Shown here: positions 30,001-40,237 of the stretch, in pieces
How positions within the stretch are numbered: position 1 is the stretch's first letter
Layout of the letters: every line of letters starts with the position of its first letter
DNA from: Eledone cirrhosa
Taxonomy: Eukaryota
Direction: 5' to 3'
NCBI GenBank assembly: GCA_964016885.1
Contig: OZ024741.1
Span: 6,696,001-6,760,000 of the forward strand
Length of the DNA: 64,000 nt
The notes under the pieces: model-generated
Told to the model about the DNA's origin: nothing
The model's input: only the letters and a program-made list of their open reading frames with translations
Databases searched by the model: none
Position numbers and translations under genes: made by a program

Positions 30001-33000
30001 TTGTTAATTGTATTTATTATATGTATATCTAGTTGTGAGGTTCCTAGCAGTTGTTAGTTATATTTATTATATGTATTTATAGTTGTGTGGTTCCTAGCAG
30101 TTGTTAATTGTATTTATTATATGTATTTATAGTTGTGTGGTTCCTAGCAGTTGTTAATTGTATTTATTATATGTATATCTAGTTGTGAGGTTCCTAGCAG
30201 TTGTAAGTTGTATTTATTATATGTTCATATAGTTGTGAGGTTCCTAGCAGTTGTTAGTTGTATTTATTATATGTTCATATAGTTGTGAGGTTCCTAGCAG
30301 TTGTTCGTTGTATTTATTATATGTTCATATAGTTGTGAGGTTCCTAGCAGTTGTTAGTTGTATTTATTATATGTTCATATAGTTGTGAGGTTCCTAGCAG
30401 TTGTTAGTTGTATTTATTATATGTATTTATAGTTGTGAGGTTCCTAGCAGTTGTTAGTTGTATTATATGTATATATAGTTGTGAGGTTCCTAGCAGTTGT
30501 TAGTTTTATTTATTATATGTATATATAGTTGTGAGGTTCCTAGCAGTTGTTAGTTGTATTTATTATATGTATATATAGTTGTGAGGTTCCTAGCAGTTGT
30601 TAGTTGTATTTATTATATGTATATATAGTTGTGAGGTTCCTAGCAGTTGTTAGTTTTATTTATTATATGTATATATAGTTGTGAGGTTCCTAGCAGTTGT
30701 TAGTTGTATTTATTATATGTATATATAGTTGTGAGGTTCCTAGCAGTTGTTAGTTGTATTTATTACATGTATTTATAGTTGGGAGGTTCCTAGCAGTTGT
30801 TAGTTGTGTTTATTATATGTATATATAGTTGTGAGGTTCCTAGCAGTTTTTAGTTGTATTTATCATATGTATATATAGTTGTGAGGTTCCTAGCAGTTGT
30901 TAGTTGTATTATATGTATATATAGTGGTGAGGCTCCTAGCAGTTGTTAGTTGTATTTATTATATGTATATATAGATGTGAGGTTCCTTGCAGTTGTTAGT
31001 TGTATTTATTATATGTATATATAGTTGTGAGGTTCCTAGCAGTTGTTAGTTGTATTTATTATATGTATATATAGATGTGAGGTTCCTTGCAGTTGTTAGT
31101 TGTATTTATTATATGTATATATAGTTGTGAGGTTCCTAGCAGTTGTTAGTTGTATTTATTATATGTATATATAGTTGTGAGGTTCCTAGCAGTTGTTAGT
31201 TGTATTTATTATATGTATTTATAGTTGTGTGGTTCCTAGCTGTTTTTACTTGTATTTATTATGTATATATGGTTGTGAGGCTCCTAGCAGTTGTTAGTTG
31301 TATTTATTATATGTATATATAGTTGTGAAGTTCCTAGCTGTTGTTAGTTGTATTTATTATATGTATATATAGTTGTGAAGTTCCTAGCTGTTGTTAGTTG
31401 TATTTATTATATGTGTATATAGTTGGGAGGTTCCTAGCAGTTGTTAGTTGTATTTATATGTATATATAGTTGTGAGGCTCCTAGAAGTTGTTAGTTGTAT
31501 TTATTATATGTATATATAGTTGTGAGGTTCCTAGCTGTTGTTAGTTTTATTTATTATATGTATATATGGTTGTGAGGCTCCTAGCAGTTGTTAGTTGTAT
31601 TTATTATATGTATATATAGTTGTGAGGTTCGTAGCTGTTGTTAGTTGTATTTATTATATGTATATATAGTTGTGAGGTTCCTAGCTGTTGTTAGTTGTAT
31701 TTATTATATGTATATCTAGTTGGGAGGTTCCTAGCAGTTGTTAGTTGTATTTATTATATGTATATATGGTTGTGAGGTTCCTAGCAGTTGTTAGTTGTAT
31801 TTATTATATGTATCTATAGTTGTGAGGTTCCTAGCAGTTGTTAGTTGTTTATTATATGTATATATAGTTGTGAGGTTCTTAGCAGTTGTTAGTTGTGTTT
31901 ATTATATGTATATATAGTTGTGAGGTTCCTAGCAGTTTTTAGTTGTAATTTTTATTGTATATATGGTTGTGAGCCTGCTAGCAGTTGTTAGTTGTATTAT
32001 ATGTATATATAGTTGTGAGGCTTCCAGCAGTTGTTAGTTGTATTATATGTATATATAGTTGTGAGGCTCCTAGCTATTGTTAGTTGTATTTATTATATGT
32101 ATATATAGTTGTGAGGCTCCTAGCTATTGTTAGTTGTATTTATTATATGTATATATAGTTATGAGGCTCCTAGCAGTTGTTAGTTGTATTTATTATATGT
32201 ATTTATAGTTGTGAGGTTCCTAGCAGTTGTTAGTTGTATTTATTAAATGTATTTTTAGTTGTGTGGTTCCTAGCAGTTGTTAGTTGTATTTATTATATGT
32301 ATATATAGTTGTGAGGTTCCCAGCAGTTGTTAGTTGTATTTGTTATATGTATATATGGTTGTGAGCCTCCTAGCAGTTTTTAGTTGTATTATATGTATAT
32401 ATAGTGGTGAGGCTCCTAGCAGTTGTTAGTTGTATTTATTATATGTATATATAGTTGTGAGGTTCCTAGCAGTTGTTAGTTGTATTATATGTATATATAG
32501 TGGTGAGGCTCCTAGCAGTTGTTAGTTGTATATATTATATGTATTTATAGTTGTGAGGTTCCTAGCAGTTGTTCATTGTATTTATTATATGTATTTATAG
32601 TTGTGAGTTTCCTAGCAGTTATTAATTGTATTTATTATATGTATTTATAGTTGTGAGGTTCCTAGCAGTTGTTAATTGTATTTATTACATGTATATCTAT
32701 TTGTGAGGTTCCTAGCAGTTGTTAGTTGTATTTATTATATGTTCATATAGTTGTGAGGTTCCTAGCAGTTGTTAGTTGTATTTATTATATGTATTTATAG
32801 TTGTGAGGTTCCTAGCAGTTGTTAGTTGTATTATATGTATATATAGTTGTGAGGTTCCTAGCAGTTGTTAGTTGTATTTATTATGTGTATATATAGTTGT
32901 GAGGTTCCTAGCAGTTGTTAGTTGTATTTATTACATGTATTTATAGCTGGGAGGTTCCTAGCAGTTGTTAGTTGTGTTTATTATATGTATATATAGTTGT

Positions 33001-35740
33001 GAGTTTCCTAGCAGTTATTAATTGTATTTATTATATGTATTTATAGTTGTGAGGTTCCTAGCAGTTGTTAATTGTATTTATTATATGTATATCTATTTGT
33101 GAGGTTCCTAGCAGTTGTTAGTTGTATTTATTATATGTATTTATAGTCGTGAGGTTCCTAGCAGTTGTTAGTTGTATTATATGTATATATAGTTGTGTGG
33201 TTCCTAGCTGTTGTTATTTGTATTTATTATATGTATTTATAGTTGTGTGGTTACTAGCAGTTGTTAGTTGTATTTATTATATGTATATATAGTTGTGAGG
33301 TTCCTACCAGTTGTTAATTGTATTATATGTATATATAGTGGTGAGGCTCCTAGCAGTTGTTAGTTTTGTTTATATGTATATATAGTTGTGAGGTTCCTAG
33401 CAGTTGTTAGTTGTGTTTATTATATGTATATATAGTTGTGAGGTTCCTAGCAGTTTTTATTTGTATTTATTATATGTATATATGGTTGTGAGGCTCCTAG
33501 CCATTGTTAGTTGTATTATATGTATATATAGTTGTGAGGCTCCTAGCTATTGTTAGTTGTATTTATTATATGTATATATAGTTGTGAGGTTCCTAGCAGT
33601 TGTTAGTTGTATTTATTATATGTATTTATAGTTGTGAGGCTCCTAGCAGTTGTTAGTTGTATTTATTATATGTATTTATAGTTGTGAGGCTCCTAGCAGT
33701 TGTTAGTTGTATTTATTATATGTATATATAGTTGTGAGGTTCCTAGCTGTTGTTAGTTGTATTTATTATATGTATATATAGTTGTGAGGTTCCTAGCTGT
33801 TGATAGTCGTATTTATTATATGTATATATAGTTGGGAGGTTCCTAGCAGTTGTTAGTTGTATTTATTATATGTATATATAGTTGTGAGGCTCCTAGCAGT
33901 TGTTAGTTGTATTTATTATATGTATATATAGTTGTGAGGTTCCTAGCTGTTGTTAGTTGTATTTATTATATGTATATATGGTTGTGAGGCTCCTAGCAGT
34001 TGTTAGTTGTATTTGTTATATGTATATATAGTTGTGAGGTTCCTAGCTGTTGTTAGTTGTATTTATTATATGTATATATAGTTGTGAGGTTCCTAGCTGT
34101 TGTTAGTTGTATTTATTATATGTATATATAGTTGTGAGGTTCCTAGCAGTTTTTAGTTGTATTTTTTATTGTATATATGGTTGTGAGGTTCCTAGCAGTT
34201 GTTAGTTGTATTTATTAAATGTATTTTTAGTTGTGTGGTTCCTAGCAGTTGTTAGTTGTATTTATTATATGTAGATATAGTTGTGAGGTTTCTAGCAGTT
34301 GTTAGTTGTATTTATATGTATATATAGTTGTGAGGCTCCTAGCAGTTGTTAGTTGTATTTATTATATGTATATATAGTTGTGAGGTTCCTAGCAGTTGTT
34401 AGTTGTATTTATTATATGTATATATAGTTGCGAGGTTCCTAGCAGTTGTTAGTTGTATTTATTATATGTATTTATAGTTGTGAGGTTCCTAGCAGTTGTT
34501 AGTTGTATTTATTATATGTATTTATAGTTGTGAGGTTCCTAGCAGTTGTTAGTTGTATTTATTATATGTATTTATAGTTGTGTGGTTCCTAGCAGTTGTT
34601 AGTTGTATTTATTATATGTATTTATAGTTGTGGTTCCTAGCAGTTGTTAGTTGTATTTATTATATGTATATATAGTTGTGACGTTCCTAGCAGTTTTTAG
34701 TTATATTTACTATATGTATTTACAGTTGTGAGATTCCTAGCAGTTGTTAGTTGTATTTATTATATGTATATATAGTTATGAGGTTCCTAGCAGTTGTTAG
34801 TTGTATTTATTTTATGTATATATAGTTGTGGGGTTCCTAGCAGTTGTTAGTTGTATTTATCATATGTATTTATAGTTGTGAGGCTCCTAGCAGTTGTTAG
34901 TTGTATTTATTTTATGTATATATAGTTGTGTGGTTCCTAGCAGTTGTTAGTTGTATTTCGGTGGATTGGCAGTATCGGTAGAGGGTCGGACGCCATGCTT
35001 TCCAGCATAGTTACGTCTCTTTACGATCTGAGTTCAAGTCCCGCCGAGGTTGACTTTGCCTTTCATCCTTACGGGGTCGATAAAATAAAGTACCAGTAAT
35101 GCACTGGGTATTTGCTGGCCTTGTGCCTAAAGTAGAAACAATTATATGTATTTATAATTGTGTGGTTCCTAGCAGTTGTTAGTTGTATTTATTATATGTA
35201 TATATAGTTGTGAGGTTCTTAGCAGTTGTTAGTTGTATTTATTATATGTATTTATAGTTGTGAGGTTCCTATCAGTTGTTAGTTGTATTTATTTTATGTA
35301 TATATAGTTGTGGGGTTCCTAGCAGTTGTTAGTTGTATCTATTATATGTATATAGAGTTGTGAGGTTCCTAGCTGTTGTTAGTTGTATTTATTATATGTA
35401 TATATAGTTGTGAAGTTCCTAGCAGTTGTTAGTTGTATTTATTATATGTATATAGAGTTGTAAGGTTCCTAGCTGTTGTTTGTTGTATTTATTATATGTA
35501 TATATAGTTGTGAGGCTCCTAGCAGTTGTTAGTTGTATTTATTATATGTATATATAGTTGTGAGGTTCCTAGCAGTTGTTAGTTGTATTTATTATATGTA
35601 TATATAGTTGTGAGGTTCGTAGCAGTTGTTAGTTGTATTTATTATATGTATATATAGTTGTGAGGTTTCTAGCTGTTGTTAGTAGTATTTATTATATGTA
35701 TATATAGTTGTGACGTTCCTAGCATTTGTTAGTTGTATTG
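1..35740. repeat. 50-bp AT-rich satellite array (~700 monomers), open at the left window edge
   Basis: Consensus GCAGTTGTTAGTTGTATTTATTATATGTATATATAGTTGTGAGGTTCCTA is repeated head-to-tail with 40-48 bp deletion variants. The monomer has 24 T, 12 A, 11 G and 3 C, no CpG, and three internal AGTTGT sub-repeats. The array ends at ~35,740. Confidence 0.99.
34959..35140 (+). mobile_element. SINE family B copy inserted into the satellite (internally deleted)
   Basis: A non-satellite 182-bp segment (CGGTGGATTGGCAG...GAGTTCAAGTCC...GGGGTCGATAAAATAAAGTACCAGT...AGAAACA) splits one monomer at TTGTATTT|ATTATATG. It is homologous to the copies at 44301 and 57209 and has a B-box-like GTTCAAGTCC. Confidence 0.88.
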
Positions 35741-35970
35741 TGAACAATTTGTAATGTTATTTATGGATCTAAAACACGAAAGAATGCTTCAAAATGTATT
35801 TGGCCAGTTCAAATTAATATGAAGGGTTAGCTGACAAGAGCCTGCCGAGAAATGTAATACATATATAACACTTTGTACTGCCTGTTCGCATTGTTTTTTC
35901 TTTTTTTTTTTTTCTTTTTTTTTTTCTTTTTTTTTTTTCTTTTCTGTTTTAACTATAATATATATATATA

Positions 35971-36150
35971 CTAGCAGCTGAGCCCGGTTGCACCTCGGGC
36001 CACTTTTTATTAAGTTAATAATTTGAAAAATATTATTGAACGTTTTAAATCAACACGTGTTAAAATGGTATGGTTTTTAAATTCTTGTGTATAAAATATA
36101 CTTATGGAGTATTACTGCAGTTGATTTTGTTTTAATAGCACTATTATATA
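35971..36150 (-). mobile_element. Non-autonomous Helitron-like element, 3' terminus
   Basis: The minus strand reads GCCCG-AGGTGCAAC-CGGGC (hairpin, 35982-36000), then TCAGCTG-CTAG|T into (TA)n. This is the canonical Helitron subterminal hairpin plus CTAG end. The extent of the 5' end is uncertain. Confidence 0.6.
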
Positions 36151-36155
36151 TATAT

Positions 36156-36484
36156 ATTATTATAAATGTTAGCTATCGCCGTATTTTGACTAAAGAAATT
36201 AAAGGAATTATTTAGCCTGATAGTGGGGTTAAGAACCCTCGGAGAAATGGAAAAAGATGAGTATTGACGTACATGGGAGTCGAACCCACATCTTTGGTTA
36301 TCCGGACCACTGTGCTACCATTTACACCAACACATCACCCGTCTATTTCCATTCAAATTAGAAGCTATAAACTTAGCGACTCTAATGTTCCATTTCTCCG
36401 AGGGTTCTTAACCCCACTATCAGGCTAAATAATTTCTTTAATTTCTTTAGTCAAAATATGGCGATAGCTAACATTTCTAATAAT
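36156..36484. repeat. 97-bp inverted repeat (36156-36252 / 36388-36484) enclosing a 135-bp spacer
   Basis: The left arm ATTATTATAAATGTTAGCTATCGCC...CCCTCGGAGAAATGGAA matches the reverse complement of the right arm with 3 mismatches. It is preceded by (TA)n and followed by a ~39-bp tail and then (TA)n. Confidence 0.95.
36265..36336 (-). pseudogene. tRNA-like / tRNA-derived Pol III unit (Gln-like D-arm, non-canonical anticodon loop)
   Basis: Minus strand: GATGTGT TG GTGT AAATGGTA GCAC A GTGGT CCGGATA ACCAA AGAT GTGGG TTCGACT CCCAT GTACGTC A, a 72-nt cloverleaf. It has A-box TGGTGTAAATGG, B-box GGTTCGACTCC and T5 ~10 nt downstream. It lacks U33 and purine 37. Confidence 0.75.
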
Positions 36485-36520
36485 TTCAAATCCACTCGCT
36501 GTTTTGAAAATAATCTTACT

Positions 36521-36556
<36 letters not shown>

Positions 36557-36999
36557 CCCAGGTATATGGACTGTCAGTTGTACTAAAAGACAGGTTCTAT
36601 GAGTCCCTAATGCTCACTACATCCAAAATAGGTGGCAGTGACCTCATATACACTGAAGGTAACTTTAACAGGCATGTTGGGCAACACTGATGGCTTCTCA
36701 GAATCCATGGGGGTTATGGGTTCGTTGCTAGAAACGAGGTAGGTTTCTGGCTTCTGGAATTCTGAAACGCAATTGACTTATTTATCTGTAACACAAACTT
36801 CAGTAAGTGGGACAACCACTTAATCACCTATAGATCAGGTAAGCATGCTGACCAGATAGATTTTATTCTTACCAGAAGACGAGACAGAGTGACTGTTGTG
36901 AACACAGTCCTTCCCTAATGAAGAATGCACCTCCCAACATAACTTAGTAGTTAGGGCTAGAAGAATCCAGCAACAGGAGACAACCTGGAGGAGAAGAAT

Positions 37000-37341
37000 C
37001 ATCATCATCATCATTTCATTTTACGTCCACTTTTCCCTGCTTGCAAGGGTGGGACGGGAACTGATTCTGGCTTGATTTCTACAGCTGGATGCCCTTCCTA
37101 ACACCAACCTCATTTACAGTGAGTGCTGGGTGCTTTTTTGCCGTGGCACCTCCACGACCACTTTGCAGTGGAATGATAGGGACTGGGGTCCCTATCATCT
37201 CATTTCTACAGCTGAGTAAACTGGAGCAATGTGAAATAAAGTGTCTTGCTCAAGGAAACAACACATCACCCGGTCTGAGAATTGAACTCACAACCTTTCG
37301 ATTGCAAGGCCAATGCTCTAACCACTAAGCCATGTGCCTTC
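37000..37341 (-). mobile_element. tRNA-headed SINE family A (RTE-type tail), full length
   Basis: This is the near-identical reverse complement of 45284-45613, with A-box TGGCTTAGTGG, B-box GTTCAATTC and an (ATG)n tail. A putative AGAAT TSD lies at 36995-36999 / 37342-37346. Confidence 0.9.
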
Positions 37342-37396
37342 AGAATATGGAAGTTAAAAGACTCATCAAACAGTAACACATTTAGAAGTATGTTGA

Positions 37397-37628
37397 TGGT
37401 ATGGACATGTGACGCGCATGGAGGATGACCTATGAGTAAAGAAGTGCCAAGGAAGACGCAGTAGAGGAAGACCACAAAAAACATGGGCGGAGGTGGTGAG
37501 AGCAGACCTCAGATTGCTGAAGCTCATGGTGGACATGACGAAGGGCCGTGACAAGTGGAGAGATGCTGTGCTGAATAGAACCCGTCCCACCCTTGCAAGC
37601 AGGGAAAAGCGAACGTAAAATGATGATG
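37397..37628 (+). mobile_element. 5'-truncated RTE 3' end nested in the older RTE
   Basis: It encodes WYGHVTRMEDD..GRRSRGRPQKTWAEVVRADL..RDKWRDAV (RTE C-terminus) and ends in (TGA)n. It is flanked by an ATGTTGA direct repeat (37390-37396 / 37629-37635). Confidence 0.85.
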
Positions 37629-39564
37629 ATGTTGAGTGATACTTTCAATGGTAAGGAAGAGCAAATAGAGACATACAATATAGAGGAGCAGTGGAAGTTC
37701 CTGAAAGAAAACATACTGAAGGCGACAGATGAAATCTGTGGCTGGACCAGGTCTCTAGGGAGGAGGAGAGTGACTTAGTGGTGGGTTAGTAAAGTAGAGA
37801 CAAATAAGGCCAAAAGACAGGCTTGGAAGGAATGGCAAAATGGGGGTAGGAGAGAAGCTAGATGACAGGTATAGCTTGAAAGAAGGGAAGCAGAAAATAA
37901 AAGATTTAAACATGTTCTGCAGTGTGAGGTGTTCAGGATCGTAAGACAGTGTCGGGGAAAATTATGATGTTGGTGGGGAGAAGTATCTGAGATGATAATG
38001 GTGTACTTGCCCTCACTGATGCTGAAAAGAAGGTAGCATGGAAGACTGCTGAATGAGGAGAATGCATGGTTGATTCAACAGATGGAGTGACTGTTTAAGT
38101 TAGCGGTAGTAAGTAAGGCAATCTAGGATATGAAGTCAGGCAGGGCAGTTGGACCTTCGGGGATAGTTGTCGGAACGCTGAAAGCATCCTGGATGGTGGG
38201 TCACACCAGTCACCTGCAGTGTTAACCAAGTAATACAAAACGGTGTCATACCCAATGACTAGTGTAATAGCATCATTGTCAACTGTTACAAGAGCAAAGG
38301 AGATGCTCTAGATAGAGAAAACTATAGAGGCATCAAGTTGGTGGACCAGGTCATGAAGGTTACAGAAAGAGTTGTAGCACAACTGATTAGGGACCAAGTT
38401 AACCTAGATGAGATGCAGTTCGAATTTGTGCCAAGTAAAAGTACCACTGATGCCATCTTCCTTGTGAGGCAACTGCAGGAGAAGTACCTAGCTGAAGGTA
38501 AACCCCTTTACTTGGCTTTTCTGGACCTGGAGAAAGCTTTTGATAGAGTCACTCATTCCATTATCTGGTGGGCTCTTAGAAAACTAGGAGTAGATGAGTT
38601 GTTTGTGAAGGCAGTACAAGCCATATATAGAGGAACAGCTAGCAAGGTTAGAAATAAGAATGACTAGCATGGAGGTTGGTGTCCATCAGGGCTCAGTTGT
38701 TAGCCCACCCCTGTTTATTAGTCCTGCAGGCTATAACAGGAGTTTAAGACTGGCTGCTCGCAGTATACAGATGACCTATCCATTATAGCTGAATTAGAGA
38801 TGAAATGCCAAACCTGGAAGCACGGCCTAGAATCAAAAGGTCTTAAATTCAACTTGGCAAAGACTAAAGTTCTAGTAATAGAAAGGAAAACAGGGCCCAG
38901 ATCTCTTCTGGGAAATGGTTTTGCTCAGTGTGTAGAAAAGGAGTAGGTAGGAATTCCATACTATGTCCTAAATGCAAACTATTGGTACATAAGAGATGTA
39001 GTGGGTTCTCAAGCAGGTTAACAATGTAGGTTTTACATGTGGCCAGTGAACAGGGGCAGTAAGTAGCAAGAGCTCTCATGATACAATCTCCTTCAAATGC
39101 TCAGGAGGCTCAGTAGAAGTAGTAGATAGCTTCTGTTACCTGGGTGACCAAATTAACAGTGGAGGAGGGTGTTCTGAAAGCACAGTAACTAGAGTGAGAA
39201 CAGTTCTGAGAAAGTTCAGGGATCTACTACTGCTGCTAACTACAAAGGGTATTTTCCTCAAAATGAAAGGCAGACTATGATGCAGGTATACAAACAACAA
39301 TGCTGCATGGTAGCGAGACCTAGGCACCGCATGCAGAGGACTTGCAAAGATTGGAAAGAAATGAAGCTTCCATGCTTCGATGGATGTGTCATAGTAATAT
39401 ACATGAACAGCAAAGCCTAAATGAACTGAGTGAAAAATTAGGTATGAGAGATAAGACACTGTGTGCAGGAGAGGAGATTATGTTGGTATGGACATGTGAT
39501 ATGTATGAAGGATGACAGCTGTATTAAAAGGTGTTGATGGAAGCCTTGGAGTGGGGAGTGCCTT

Positions 39565-39705
39565 ACTGGTATTTTATTTTATCGACCTTGAAAGGATGAA
39601 AGGCAAACCTAACCGTGGCAGGATTTGAACTCAGATGATAAAGGTGTGTAACTCTGCTCTATAGCATGTTGTCTGATGCTCTATCGATAGTACCAATTCA
39701 CCACC
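39565..39705 (-). mobile_element. SINE family B copy (degenerate)
   Basis: Reverse complement of family B: ACTGGTATTTTATTTTATCGACC...GATGAAAGGCAAA...GGATTTGAACTCAGA...CCAATTCACCACC. Confidence 0.75.
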
Positions 39706-39765
39706 TTAATGGATGTCAAAATAATGATGGTGATTTCTTTTTTATTTTTAGCCTTCCATTAATTC

Positions 39766-39947
39766 ATGGCAAGTAAACGGGAGAAAGTATTGAAGACTTA
39801 TGGCAGACATAGGTCTCGTATCATTAAAACTGATTTTTGGGATGATAACATAAAAACCACTATACAGACATTTGGTGGTTCATCTGACTTCACTCCAGAT
39901 AAAGATTTTGTGACGCCAGACAATACAAATGTGTCAGTATTACTAAG
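39766..39947 (+). CDS. HASPIN: Haspin kinase, coding exon 1
   Basis: MASKREKVLKTYGRHRSR...; the KTYGR resembles the Haspin RTYGA / Wapl KTYSR motif. A polypyrimidine tract and AG end at 39751. The donor AAG|GTTTTC is phase 2 and matches the next exon. Confidence 0.75.
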
Positions 39948-40237
39948 GTTTTCTTTCTTCTTATTCCCCCAACCCCTCACTGTCTTTTAAATGTCTTGTA
40001 AACTTCATGACTGGCCTTGAGAATGGTAAGTTTAGTAACCTGGGGCAGATCATTAATGTCCTGTGCCACATGGAACCACATTAGCAGGACCTTCTTGACA
40101 AGTAAAAAAAAGAATAAAATGAAGAAAAATCACCATGACTGCATCACATGAAAAATGAAAGACTTTACCCTAATATTGTGACAGTGATCTGTCAACTAGT
40201 AAAGATATAGGCATTTCAATTGACAAACTATGTGAAC

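Larger units (their letters stand above)
36558..39538 (+). mobile_element. Decayed RTE-clade LINE (APE + RT + Cys-rich finger), interrupted by two insertions
   Basis: Translatable remnants include the APE (IHGGYGF, NTNF, HLITYRSG, QIDFIL) and the RT (STTDAIFLVRQLQEKY..LAFLDLEKAFDRV, VGVHQGS, YTDDL), plus VDSFCYLG and WYGHV. There are many stops and frameshifts. Confidence 0.9.

Noticed and set aside
1-35740. CRISPR array or telomeric repeat
   Set aside because: There are no unique spacers, no cas genes and no TTAGGG or TTAGG units. The context is eukaryotic, with spliceosomal introns.
36265-36336. Functional tRNA-Ser(GGA) gene
   Set aside because: C33 and T37 are non-canonical, the long variable arm of Ser tRNAs is missing, the acceptor stem has three G-T pairs and the anticodon stem has a mismatch. 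It is treated as tRNA-derived.
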